Shown here piece by piece: positions 9,614 through 19,314 of a stretch of DNA of 64,000 bases (positions within the stretch are counted from its first letter, which is position 1; the number at the start of each line of letters is the position of its first letter). The position numbers and the translations under genes are program-made. The stretch spans positions 1 through 64,000 of the forward strand of contig OY970280.1 of the NCBI GenBank assembly GCA_963715865.1, written 5' to 3'. Source of the DNA: Candidatus Bathyarchaeota archaeon (GTDB taxonomy: Archaea; Thermoproteota; Bathyarchaeia; Bathyarchaeales; Bathycorpusculaceae). Under the pieces are notes generated by a model. The model was not told where the DNA came from. It made no database searches and saw nothing but the letters and a program-made list of their open reading frames with translations.

Positions 9614-10581
9614 GCAGTTTCTATCGGCTCTCCTCTATAAGCGATGGTAATTTTCTGGAAAAGCTTCACTACATCCAAAGAGCAAAACAGCATCTTCGTT
9701 AAAAATTCGTGCTGGTAGATTTTCATTTGCGCTTTCACTGGCAAATCCATTCTCGGCGTCTCAAATTTACGCATTACCTCATTCACCTGCAAACCCTGCA
9801 CCACGATTGCTTTCTCTTGCAAGCCTGTTTTTTTCGCAATATAATTCAGATATGTTTGTTTCCAGTCTAAGCTCATGATTTTTGTTGCGGTTATGTCGAT
9901 GGCTAACGCGTCGTTGCTGGTTAGTATTAAGTTCATTTTGACGGGTTTGCCTTTTGTTGGGCCATTTCCTTCAATTCCAACTCGTGCGTCCATGACAGTT
10001 AGTTTCGGCTTGAAGATGGAGTATAACCTGTAGAAAACCTCTGGCAGATACGGGTGCAGGTAAATGCGCTTGTTGCTTGGGACGCAGCCGAAGAGGTTTT
10101 TTATGGCTCCACTGTACATTGCAAACTCATGCGTTTTCATCAAAGGCAAATCCACAATCGCGTCCGCATCTAACACGGTTTTTGGCAAAAACAACTCCTT
10201 TAGCGGGCTGCTGTTGGTTGGGAATTTTACTTTGACCACTTTGTCCTCTGAAAGATTAATCACGCTGCCGCCTGCTTTCTTTACGGCTGTTTCTATCCCT
10301 GTTTTCTCGAACGCCGAGTCGCATGGATAATTGAACCCGTTAGATTCGCCAACTATTACCTCGCTGGCGCCATCTCGAAGCAGACCAACCAGTTCACTTA
10401 ACAGTTGGGGGCTTGTTACTACGCCGGGAAGGTACTCTGGGTGGCTCATGTTGGGCTTAACAAAAATTTTCTGTTTTCCACGCAACCCCGAATCCTCAAC
10501 AGCCTCCTTTAAGATTCCGCTTATGCCGTTTTGGGCTCGAAAGATTTTAACCGTTTTCTGCTCTTGGTTAAGCACACTCAA
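9610..10581 (-). CDS. DUF362 domain protein
   Basis: FVKPN, VTSPQL, VGES, LPLMKTH, GAIKNLFGC, MDARVGIEGNGP. Confidence 0.8.
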   Translation of the reverse strand: MSVLNQEQKTVKIFRAQNGISGILKEAVEDSGLRGKQKIFVKPNMSHPEYLPGVVTSPQLLSELVGLLRDGASEVIVGESNGFNYPCDSAFEKTGIETAVKKAGGSVINLSEDKVVKVKFPTNSSPLKELFLPKTVLDADAIVDLPLMKTHEFAMYSGAIKNLFGCVPSNKRIYLHPYLPEVFYRLYSIFKPKLTVMDARVGIEGNGPTKGKPVKMNLILTSNDALAIDITATKIMSLDWKQTYLNYIAKKTGLQEKAIVVQGLQVNEVMRKFETPRMDLPVKAQMKIYQHEFLTKMLFCSLDVVKLFQKITIAYRGEPIETA

Positions 10582-12002
10582 GCACCCTTCACTTGTTTTC
10601 CCATGATGCAGCCTGGGTCAGAATTTAACATGTCACCGTTATGGTATGCGGCTGACCGCGCTCTGCATCCCCCGCAAATGTACTTGTAGGCGCATGTTCC
10701 GCAGGCTCCCTTCAGGTTTCCCCTGTTCCTTAAGGCTTTGAAGAGTGTTGAGTTTAACCAAATATCCTGGAACTTTTCGGTTTTCAAGTTGCCCACGTTT
10801 ACTGGTAGGAAGACGCATGGGTGGACGTCCCCTTGTGGCGAAAGTGAACAGTACAGTCTTCCGGCTCCGCATCCGCCGATGAAATCTGCCAGTGGAACAG
10901 CTTTCTTGCTTACCCGTGCCGTTTGCATATGCGCCATAGACATAGTCACTTCCCCAGTTCCCGCAGGATCTTGACATTGCAGGGCAACCCGTGCTAGTTG
11001 CGGCGCGGTAGTTAAGATGGTTGTTTTGCAGCCAGTTGACATCCTATTTAGCAAATAACGCATAAGTTTCTCCCGTTCTTCCGCCGACAAATCCTGGTCA
11101 AAATGCGTTTTTCCACGTCCGGTCGGGATGAAGTTGAAGTAAGTGAATCTTTCAGCGCCTATTTCTTCAGCCAAGCTCACGATTGCTGGCATTTCTTCAA
11201 GGTTGCTTTTCGTTGCTGTGGTAGCTATGCAAGCGCACAAATCCGCTTCCACGCAATTCCTAAGCCCAGTCACAGCTTTCTCGAATGCGCCGGGTACTCC
11301 TCTGAACGTGTCGTGTGTTTTGGCGGTGGCGCCGTCGATGCTTATTTCAACATAGTGTATTCCGGTTTGTTTGAGTCTTTGCACGTTTTCCTTGGTCAGC
11401 AAGGTGCCATTTGTAGCTACGGAAACGTATAATCCACGTTTGACTGCGTGGTTTGCAACTTCAAAAAAGTCTTTTCGGCTCAACGGTTCGCCGCCTGAAA
11501 AAGCAAGCGCTGTCACACCTGCATCGGCAAGCTGGTCTACAACTGCCAAGGCTTGTTTGGTTGTTAGTTCTTCTTCGTTGATTGCGCCTGAGTTTGAGTA
11601 GCAATGCTTGCAATTTAAGTTGCATTTATGCGTGAAATCCCAAACTATCAATAAAGGCGAATAAAGCGAAAGTGGCTTTTTGATTCCCATGTAAGCGAAG
11701 GACTTTGTCAAGTTGGTTATTGCTCTTCGGGCGTATGGGTCTGTTAAGAGTTTTTCAACTTTCTGTCGCTTAATGTTCAAACTTCTTCTTAGGAATTCAA
11801 CCCAAAAACCAATAATCTGAGAGTAAAGACCGCTACATTTCTCACATTTGCGCTCAGTTTTGCCTGCATAATCATCCAGTGCTGCTTCAAGAACCGTTCT
11901 GCCGCATGCACCGCATTTTTTCAGGGATAACCGTAGCATTTTTTTGGTCATCGGCAGCGTTATTACTGCATTCCAGAAGGTATCGTGGCTAAGTAAACTC
12001 AT
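10578..12002 (-). CDS. Radical SAM/SPASM protein with N-terminal CxxC...CxxC extension; resembles the archaeal family containing GMGT synthase (Gms)
   Basis: CNLNCKHC, FSGGEP, TTAPQLARV, ADFIGGCGAGRLY, HPCVF, CGTCAYKYICGGCRAR, DPGC. The radical SAM/SPASM call is firm; the Gms link is tentative. Confidence 0.8.
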   Translation of the reverse strand: MSLLSHDTFWNAVITLPMTKKMLRLSLKKCGACGRTVLEAALDDYAGKTERKCEKCSGLYSQIIGFWVEFLRRSLNIKRQKVEKLLTDPYARRAITNLTKSFAYMGIKKPLSLYSPLLIVWDFTHKCNLNCKHCYSNSGAINEEELTTKQALAVVDQLADAGVTALAFSGGEPLSRKDFFEVANHAVKRGLYVSVATNGTLLTKENVQRLKQTGIHYVEISIDGATAKTHDTFRGVPGAFEKAVTGLRNCVEADLCACIATTATKSNLEEMPAIVSLAEEIGAERFTYFNFIPTGRGKTHFDQDLSAEEREKLMRYLLNRMSTGCKTTILTTAPQLARVALQCQDPAGTGEVTMSMAHMQTARVSKKAVPLADFIGGCGAGRLYCSLSPQGDVHPCVFLPVNVGNLKTEKFQDIWLNSTLFKALRNRGNLKGACGTCAYKYICGGCRARSAAYHNGDMLNSDPGCIMGKQVKGA

Positions 12003-12112
12003 GCGAGGTTTCTCCTCAAGCGGTCTCGATACTTAATTGAAGGCGTGAGGATGTTAAAGATTTCTCTAAAAGCCTGCAATTTTAACTGCTTTGCAATACA
12101 ACTAAAGTTACA

Positions 12113-12736
12113 CTAGTTCTTCTTTGTTTTTCCCATTATTTTCTCTGCTATCTCTAAATCCTTAAGCGTGTTAATGTTAAGGAGAACCTCAGTTTCTTCC
12201 GTGATTATGGCGCTTGTTTCAATTTTGCCCTCGCCCTGAATTTTGGCGCCGTTTACTATGTTGACTCCTGAAACAGCATACCACTCGCCTTTGTACTCGT
12301 CAGTGGAAGAAACTGAAAGTCCCAAGATCTCGCGCTTTTGGATGGGCACAAAAACCGCCAAGAAATCTTTCCCGCAAACCTCAAACTCTCCGATGACTTT
12401 GTCAAGAAACTTGCCTGTGATAGCTGGCAAATCTGCTGGAATCGTTAACACAGGACCCATCAAGCCAGCCATAAGAACAGCTTGCCTAAGGTCGTTATGG
12501 TAACCTTTTGCATCTGTCCGAAGAACCTTCCATCCCTTGCTTTTGCAGTGCTTTTCTGTTTCAGGTGTGTTCCCGCTGGTGACCACATAAAACTCCGAAA
12601 CCTTCACGGCGCTAGCAACAGCCTCAGCAACCCAGTCAACCAAAGGCTTACCCAAAAAGGGCAAAAGTGGCTTCTCCACTGGCAATCCCATGCGTTTGCC
12701 TTTTCCGCCAGCCATAATCAATGCAGGAACTTTCAT
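12113..12736 (-). CDS. cobY: Adenosylcobinamide-phosphate guanylyltransferase, copy 1
   Basis: LIMAGGKGKRM, EKPL, GYHNDL, PADLP, SGVNI, NINT..DL; coupled to cobS. Confidence 0.8.
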   Translation of the reverse strand: MKVPALIMAGGKGKRMGLPVEKPLLPFLGKPLVDWVAEAVASAVKVSEFYVVTSGNTPETEKHCKSKGWKVLRTDAKGYHNDLRQAVLMAGLMGPVLTIPADLPAITGKFLDKVIGEFEVCGKDFLAVFVPIQKREILGLSVSSTDEYKGEWYAVSGVNIVNGAKIQGEGKIETSAIITEETEVLLNINTLKDLEIAEKIMGKTKKN

Positions 12737-13578
12737 ATTAGCATCAACACGCCTGCAAGCAAAATAAGCGTAACTGCCCTCGCTACCTCGTTGGTTGCTC
12801 CAATCATGTCGCCTGAAACTCCGCCGAAAACGCTTTCCGCAACTTTCTCCATCACAACCGCCACTGGAATGCTAACTAAAACCACTCCGACGCCTACGAA
12901 ACCTAGAAAAGGGTTACCTGTAAGACCGAAAAATGGGTAAACGATCAAAACAGAAAGCACATAAGCGATAAGGTTCAGTTTCTTTTTGGCTTTCTGAAGA
13001 AAAATCGAGCCTAACCCTTTATGCGTAGGTTTCCCAATCCAAACAATCGTAACCATCGCTAATTTGGCTGAGACTTCAGCGGCGATTATTGCTCCGAACG
13101 CGAAAACTGGGTTCACAAGAGAGGGGTAAAGAAGGAATAAGCCTGCAAAAGCCATAAACTCAACAATTATCGCTATTAACGCTCCTGGGTAAGTTACGGT
13201 CCAAGCGTGAGCAACCATTTTTCGGTCATGCACATTTCTCAATCCAACAGCGTTGCCTAAATCGATTAAGCCATCGAAATGCTGAAGCCCAGTTAAAACA
13301 AGCAGAAAAGCCACAGTCACAGCGGCAACCGCAAGCTTCAACAAGAAATCAGTCGGCAACGCAGTAACCTGATTAATTAAACTAAGCAAAAATTGAATGA
13401 TATATCTTGAACCCAAAAAGTAAACTGCGCCAAGTAAGCCTATGAATCCGCCGATAAGCGGAAACAAATATATGTGCTCGGCTGTGGTGAAGATGAAATC
13501 TTCTTTTCCGCCGACGGGAATGATGGTTAGGAAAGACAGCAAATCCCTAAAAGTTTTTATAGTTTTCACAGGCGACAT
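12733..13578 (-). CDS. cobS: Cobamide synthase (adenosylcobinamide-GDP ribazoletransferase), copy 1, divergent
   Basis: LLSFLTIIP, LFPLIGGFIG, LTGLQHFDGLIDLGN, FGGVSGDMIGATNE. Confidence 0.85.
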   Translation of the reverse strand: MSPVKTIKTFRDLLSFLTIIPVGGKEDFIFTTAEHIYLFPLIGGFIGLLGAVYFLGSRYIIQFLLSLINQVTALPTDFLLKLAVAAVTVAFLLVLTGLQHFDGLIDLGNAVGLRNVHDRKMVAHAWTVTYPGALIAIIVEFMAFAGLFLLYPSLVNPVFAFGAIIAAEVSAKLAMVTIVWIGKPTHKGLGSIFLQKAKKKLNLIAYVLSVLIVYPFFGLTGNPFLGFVGVGVVLVSIPVAVVMEKVAESVFGGVSGDMIGATNEVARAVTLILLAGVLMLI

Positions 13579-13617
13579 ATACCGTAAAACTAACCGAAAG
13601 AGAATATAGACTTTGTC
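13579..13617. promoter_or_regulatory. Very short divergent intergenic region, putative shared promoter for cobS-cobY and epimerase-ubiA-tes
   Basis: Only 39 bp between divergent ORF-track starts; contains cgaaagagaatatag (BRE/TATA-like). Confidence 0.4.
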
Positions 13618-13626
13618 GTGAACTTC

Positions 13627-14562
13627 ATGGGTGAACTTAAAGGGAAAAAAATACTAGTCACTGGCGGCGCAGGCTTTATAGGCTATCACTTGTGCAAAAA
13701 ACTATCAAGCTTAGCGTCTAACTTAACTATTTACGATAACTTGTCAAGCGGCAAAATGGAAAACGTGAAAGACGTTCCCAACGCAAAGTTTGTGAAAGGC
13801 GATATCCTTGACCTGAAAAAGCTGGGTTCTTTAGATAAGGCTGACTTGATCTATCATTTAGCCGCTCAAGTCGTTGTGCCCTATTCCATGGAGAATCCTC
13901 TGATAGATTTTGAAACAAACGCTAAAGGAACCGTGCAAGTTCTTGAGAAAGCGCGCAAAGATGATGCAAAACTAGTTTTCGCATCCAGCGCTGCTGTCTA
14001 TGGGAATCCAACAGTTTTTCCAACTCCTGAAGAGTACGGTTTTCACCCCTTCTCATGCTACGGCTTATCCAAAGTGGTTGGCGAAGAATACTGCAGCATG
14101 TACCAGAGCCAATACGGCTTAGATATCACCGTTTTAAGGTTCGCTAATGTTTACGGGTTAAGATGTCACGGCGTCATTCATGACTTTCTGGATAAACTTG
14201 CTAAGAACCCAGGCAAACTAGAAATAATCGGTACAGGCTTGCAGTCGCGGGACTTTGTTCATGTTTCGGATGTAGTGGATGCTCTGGTAACCGTTGGCTC
14301 AGAGGATTCTGCTAACGGTAAAACTTACAACATAGGCTATGGAACAACCACCACGATAATAGACCTTGCCAAAATGATGCTTAAAATCCTCAACCTAGAA
14401 AAAAAGACGTTTATTACTACAACGGGTGTCTCTTGGCAGGGTGACGTTACAAAAATCTGGTTTGACAACTCCAAAGCCAAGAAAGAGTTAAACTGGAACC
14501 CCAAAGTAAGCCTTGAAGACAGCATAAAAGAAGTCATCGCTGACAGGAAACTTTCTAAATGA
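13627..14562 (+). CDS. NAD-dependent epimerase/dehydratase (GalE-like extended SDR)
   Basis: VTGGAGFIG, HLAAQ, ASSAAVYG, YGLSK, RFANVYG, RDFVHVSD; GTG at 13618 is an alternative start. Confidence 0.9.
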   Translation: MGELKGKKILVTGGAGFIGYHLCKKLSSLASNLTIYDNLSSGKMENVKDVPNAKFVKGDILDLKKLGSLDKADLIYHLAAQVVVPYSMENPLIDFETNAKGTVQVLEKARKDDAKLVFASSAAVYGNPTVFPTPEEYGFHPFSCYGLSKVVGEEYCSMYQSQYGLDITVLRFANVYGLRCHGVIHDFLDKLAKNPGKLEIIGTGLQSRDFVHVSDVVDALVTVGSEDSANGKTYNIGYGTTTTIIDLAKMMLKILNLEKKTFITTTGVSWQGDVTKIWFDNSKAKKELNWNPKVSLEDSIKEVIADRKLSK

Positions 14563-15443
14563 CCACTCCAACGCCAGCTAGAGGATTAATCGCTCTCTTG
14601 CGACTTCCCTACTGGCTGATGACTGGTGGTTTATCTCTTTTAACAGCTTTTGCCATCACCAAAAACCCTCTTAGCCTCAGCGTACAAACTATTTTGCTGA
14701 TTTTCTTTTCAATGGCGTTCATAACATCCGCAGGCTTCGCAATCAACGACTACTTCGACAGGGAAAGCGATGCTGTAATCAAGCCAAAACGCCCCATACC
14801 CTCAGGCGCATTAACGCTCAAGCAGGTGGTGGCAATTTCAGGTTTACTTTTCGCTTTAGGTCTGGTTATGGCTTTTTTCATTAACTGGCTAAGCTTCATA
14901 ATTATCGCTGCTGATTCCCTACTGCTTCTGATTTACTCAACTCTTGTAAAGCGGAAATCAGGCTTTGTCGCAAACGTTTTGGTGGGCATTTTAACAGGCA
15001 CAGCCTTCATGTACGGAGAAGCCACCATCTCAGGCACTGTAAGCTTGATTTCCCTAAGCCTCTACCCAATAGCTTTCGGCACAATAGGCGGCAACGTCCT
15101 CCGAGACATCCTAAGCCTTGACGGTGACGCAAAAATTGGTTACCCAACACTCCCGCAGAAAATCGGCATCACCAACTCAGCGAAAACAGCTGCAGTGTTC
15201 TTCACGTTGACTGGGTTGCTTGCGCCTCTACCCTACTTTTTGGGCAACTTTGGAGTTTACTATTTGCCACTCATACTGTTTTGGAGTGTTATTCTAATTT
15301 ACTCTTCAATACGCCTAGTAACTTCGGCTTCAACTGTGTCGAACGTGCGAAAATACGAGCGCATAGTTACAATGTCGATGATTCTGCTTCCTTTAGCGTT
15401 GATAATTGAGGCGTTATCCCCAATGATAGGAGGGTTACTGTGA
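14559..15443 (+). CDS. UbiA-family prenyltransferase, DGGGP synthase-like
   Basis: GFAINDYFDRESD, KRPIPSG, multiple TM helices; second acidic motif reads RDILSLDGD. Confidence 0.85.
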   Translation: MTTPTPARGLIALLRLPYWLMTGGLSLLTAFAITKNPLSLSVQTILLIFFSMAFITSAGFAINDYFDRESDAVIKPKRPIPSGALTLKQVVAISGLLFALGLVMAFFINWLSFIIIAADSLLLLIYSTLVKRKSGFVANVLVGILTGTAFMYGEATISGTVSLISLSLYPIAFGTIGGNVLRDILSLDGDAKIGYPTLPQKIGITNSAKTAAVFFTLTGLLAPLPYFLGNFGVYYLPLILFWSVILIYSSIRLVTSASTVSNVRKYERIVTMSMILLPLALIIEALSPMIGGLL

Positions 15444-16906
15444 GCAAAACAAAAAGCATCTGTCCCGAATGCCAGAAAAAAATAGACGCCCAATTAACCA
15501 AAGTCAACGGCAAAATCAAAATCACAAAACAATGCCCCGAACACGGAGTTTTCGAAGCTACCCACTGGCAAAGCCCAAGCATCTTCAATCACATGCAAAC
15601 CTATGACCAATTTCAATACCTTGGCGACTTAAACGCTCCAAAAAACCCTGAAGGCTGCCCCTATGTCTGCGAATCCTGCAATAACCATGCCTCAGGCACT
15701 GTTATCGGCGTTATAGACGTAACAAAGAAATGCAACTTGAAGTGTGCGGTGTGCTTTTCCACTTTTCCTCAGCAAGAAGTTGATTATGAACCAACCAAAG
15801 AGCACCTCGTGAAAATGTTGGAGTTCGTAAGCAAAGCTAATCCGAAGCCTCCAGCCATCTTGTTCTCCGGTGGCGAACCCTTAGAACGTGAGGATATGCC
15901 TGAAATCATCGGTGTCGCTCACAAGTTGCGGTTTATGACTATTCTTGCGACGAATGGCGTGCGCTTGGCTGAGAACCCGGAGTTAGCGGAGAGACTAAAG
16001 AAGAACGGTTTGAACATTGTTTATTTACAGTTTGACAGTTTTCACGATGATTTTTACAAGAAAGTTAGAGGACAGAAGCTTTTTGACTATAAGCTGAAGG
16101 CTATTGATGTCTGCCGCAAATACGACATAGAAGTAATCTTGGTTAATACGCTGATGCGTAGCTTAAACGACAAAGAAGTTGGCGACATAATCAGGTTTGC
16201 GGCGAAAAACACTGACATAATCAGGGGATTAATTTTCCAGCCAATCGCATTTACTGGCAGAGCTACGGAAAACCCGTTTAGAGAAAACTTCCGCGAATGG
16301 TCTTTTGCAGAGGACGTAGAAAACCAAACGCAAGGAGAAATAAAAACCACTGATTTGTTTCCCATGTCCGTTATGACTTCGCCGATAAAGATTATGCGCA
16401 AATTCATGAAAAAGCCGTGGCCGCTGTTTTCTTGTAGTCCGCAGTGCGGAATTGTGAATTGGATTTATGTTTCAAAAAAGGGCAAGATGTTTCCAATTAA
16501 CCGTTTTGTTAACTTTGACAGGTTCTTTAGAAGCATTCGCAAAACTGCCGAAACTGCTGAGTCTAAGGGCAAAATTTCGCTTCTGTCATCACTTTTTATA
16601 GCGTCGATGCTGTCGATGGACTGGTTCTTGGTTACTAAAGAGGTCGGCATGTTAACATTAACAAACGCAATTATGAGGATGCATCTTTCGCCTTCTTACC
16701 AGTCGCTTGGCAAGATACGCAGAAGAATCTTTTTGTTAGGTTGCATGGCGTTCATGGATTCATACAACTTTGACGTTAACCGAGTTAGACGATGCGTAGT
16801 CCACTACATCACACCGGACCTGAAGATCATACCATTCTGTGCATACAACAATATACATAGGGTTGCAATCGAAAAAGAGTACGCTCAAAGACAAAAGAAA
16901 GCTTAA
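15440..16906 (+). CDS. tes: Tetraether lipid synthase (MJ0619/Tes)-family radical SAM protein
   Basis: N-terminal CPEC...CPEHG, GCPYVCESCNNH, CNLKCAVC, YLQFD, FQPIAFTGR, QCG, GCMAFMDSYNFDVNRVRRCVVHY, IIPFCAYN: the full Tes architecture. Confidence 0.8.
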   Translation: MSKTKSICPECQKKIDAQLTKVNGKIKITKQCPEHGVFEATHWQSPSIFNHMQTYDQFQYLGDLNAPKNPEGCPYVCESCNNHASGTVIGVIDVTKKCNLKCAVCFSTFPQQEVDYEPTKEHLVKMLEFVSKANPKPPAILFSGGEPLEREDMPEIIGVAHKLRFMTILATNGVRLAENPELAERLKKNGLNIVYLQFDSFHDDFYKKVRGQKLFDYKLKAIDVCRKYDIEVILVNTLMRSLNDKEVGDIIRFAAKNTDIIRGLIFQPIAFTGRATENPFRENFREWSFAEDVENQTQGEIKTTDLFPMSVMTSPIKIMRKFMKKPWPLFSCSPQCGIVNWIYVSKKGKMFPINRFVNFDRFFRSIRKTAETAESKGKISLLSSLFIASMLSMDWFLVTKEVGMLTLTNAIMRMHLSPSYQSLGKIRRRIFLLGCMAFMDSYNFDVNRVRRCVVHYITPDLKIIPFCAYNNIHRVAIEKEYAQRQKKA

Positions 16907-17430
16907 CTTACGACTTGAATGTTTAAGACACAATAATTGTTCGTAAATTCGTAGGCTTTTGAAACTTGATTGTACTGCCAGAGTTCGAAAACCACCGAGT
17001 AGCTTCCAACTTGGTTTTGTGTGACTGTTGACAAGTTTTGCCAGCTTCCACCATTTGCCAAGCTTATATCATATGTTTGGGTTGGCTGTGTGTCAACGGG
17101 GAAAGTGGAAAGGTTTGGGGTGATTTTCATTAAGACTTGGTAACTTTGATTTCCGGTTCCTCCCATGTGGTTTTCAACGTTTACCCACACGTTAAATGTG
17201 CTGTTCTGGTTAGCAACCAGGGTCACTGGGTAATCGGCGGCTGTCTTTTGTGAATCGAGCAAGTAAATTGTGCTGTACCCTTCTGGCTGCGGCTTAGCCA
17301 CTACATAGTACCCTACAACTAATGCGGAAACAATTATTAATGCAAGAAAAATGGCGACCGCGTAGCCTTTCTCATCGTTTAAGCCGATTTTCCTTCCAAT
17401 GTTTTTGACACGTTCTAATTGTATCCGCAT
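16903..17430 (-). CDS. DUF1616-like membrane-anchored protein
   Basis: N-terminal TM helix, PEGYSTIYLL, ADYP..L, VNVENHMG, VFELW; start uncertain. Confidence 0.6.
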   Translation of the reverse strand: MRIQLERVKNIGRKIGLNDEKGYAVAIFLALIIVSALVVGYYVVAKPQPEGYSTIYLLDSQKTAADYPVTLVANQNSTFNVWVNVENHMGGTGNQSYQVLMKITPNLSTFPVDTQPTQTYDISLANGGSWQNLSTVTQNQVGSYSVVFELWQYNQVSKAYEFTNNYCVLNIQVVS

Positions 17431-18109
17431 CCAGAAGTCCTCTAAATATTGTGCTAAATATCTCGATTCCTGACTTAAATTTTTTCAGTTTAGTTTTCCC
17501 GTATTTTCGGGCTTTGTACGTGGTGGGAATCTCCACCATGTTGTATCCTTCTTTGGCGAATTCCACAAGCATTTCAGTAGCGAAAGCCATGTCTCCCTCG
17601 TTTAACTCAACACTGTCAATGGCTTCGTGAGATATTGCTCGAAAACCCGATTGTGAGTCACTGAGGAATTGGCTGTATAAGAAGTCGTAAAAGAAGGTTA
17701 TCACTTTGTTTCCAACGAAATTCATGAGTCCCATGGCTTTGTTTGGGTCATACATGCGTGTTGCTAAAACCATGTCAGCATCTTTTTCAATCATCCTATT
17801 CAGCAAGCGGTTGATGTGTCTTACTTCGTAAGTTCCATCGCCGTCAACCATCACAATAATGTTGCCTTTCGCGTTTTTCATGCCTACCTTAAGAGCAATG
17901 CCATATCCGCGTCTCGGTTCAATAATGAGCTTACAAAAACTTGTGTCTTTAACGATTTCTATCGTTCCATCAGTGGAGTTGCCGTCTACAACGATTATTT
18001 CTTTTGGGTATGCCAAATCTTTCTCGATGTTTGTAACAGCTTCTAAGATGTTCCCTGCTTCATTGAGTGTTGGAATTACTACCGAGACCAGCTCTACTTT
18101 TGACGTCAT
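17372..18109 (-). CDS. GT2 glycosyltransferase (DPM1-like)
   Basis: SVVIPTLNE, VVDGNSTD, GYGIAL, VDGDGTY, SDSQSGFRA, YKARKYG. Confidence 0.9.
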   Translation of the reverse strand: MTSKVELVSVVIPTLNEAGNILEAVTNIEKDLAYPKEIIVVDGNSTDGTIEIVKDTSFCKLIIEPRRGYGIALKVGMKNAKGNIIVMVDGDGTYEVRHINRLLNRMIEKDADMVLATRMYDPNKAMGLMNFVGNKVITFFYDFLYSQFLSDSQSGFRAISHEAIDSVELNEGDMAFATEMLVEFAKEGYNMVEIPTTYKARKYGKTKLKKFKSGIEIFSTIFRGLLDADTIRTCQKHWKENRLKR

Positions 18110-18155
18110 TTGCCTACTCCCATTTTGCAAAGGCTATAATGTTTCGGTAGCTTGG

Positions 18156-19314
18156 TTAAATAAGCTCTTCGTATATCCCGATGAGTGTTTCAACATTTTT
18201 ATCCCAACTATACTTTTCTTCCATTACTGCTCGAATCTCTAATTTGCGTGAAGACAAATCAATATTAGAAAATTCCAAAACTGCTTTTGCAAGCAGCTCA
18301 GGCTGGTTAGGCGGCACTAGTTTTCCATAATCTTCCATTAAGATTTCACTTATTCCCCCAACATCTGTGGCTATTACTGGCAATCCGCAAGCCATGGCTT
18401 CGAGCGCAACCAAAGGTAAGCCTTCTCCAGATTTTGATGGTAGTGCAAAGAAGTCTGCGGCGTTATAGTAAAACGGTAAGTCTTCATCTTTAACGAAGCC
18501 TGTGAACCTAAAATTGTTTTCTATCCCTAACTGGTTAATTTTCATTTGAACGTTGTTGAGGTCTGGTCCTTTTCCAACAACTAGAAAAATAATCTTAGGG
18601 TTCTTCTTGACCGCGATGTTTGCGCTTTCTATCAATGTGTCGATGCCGTTTTTGTAAACAAGCCTCCTAACAGTTAGAACCACGATTGAGTTTTGGGAAA
18701 TTCCAAGCTTTCTTCTCATTTCTTCGCGTTTTCCAGCTAAAGGTCTAAAACGGACCAAGTCAACGCCGTTATGTAACACTTTAACCTTCTCTGGTTTGGC
18801 TCCTAAACTTAAAACATAATTCTTAGTTGCATTGCTTACAGTGATTATTTTGTCTGCTTCTTTCAGCGTCTCCTTTCCAACGGCAAGGTCGTTTAACCGT
18901 TCAATGTTATCAAAAATGCTGTCGTACTCAATGAACGTGTTATGCTGCGTAAGCACAAATGGCTTAGAGTACCACTTCGCAAGCTTAGCCGCAATAAGCG
19001 ACGTAAGGTATGGGTGACCGTGCGCATGGACTATTTTGCTTGATTTTACCGCTTTAAGAAAAATTTCAAGACTTGTTACTGTCGGAATCGAGTAGGGAAT
19101 TCCAAGGCGGAACCCAGTGTTTAACGATTCATAACACTCAACGTTTATGCCGTCAACAACATAATTTTTTGGTGTTTGAATTCGGTTTGTTACAACGAAT
19201 GGGCTCATAGTTTCTCTGGAGTAGCCGCTTGCTTTGTTCATAAACAACCCTTTCTATTCCACCAACATGAGGTAGAAAGGTGTGTGTAACAATGCACAGC
19301 CTTGTTTGAACCAT
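18156..19314 (-). pseudogene. GT4 glycosyltransferase split by a +1 frameshift near 19200
   Basis: N-terminus MVQTRLCIVTHTFLPHVGGIE... is one frame off from FVVTNRIQ...HNGVD...RRLVYKNG...EAMACGLPV; extra base in gagCCCattc. May be an assembly error. Confidence 0.75.

Noticed and set aside
15440-16906. Older annotation of this family as hydroxymethylpterin dimethyltransferase
   Set aside because: The MJ0619 family has been reassigned as tetraether synthase, and the UbiA-coupled context fits lipid synthesis.
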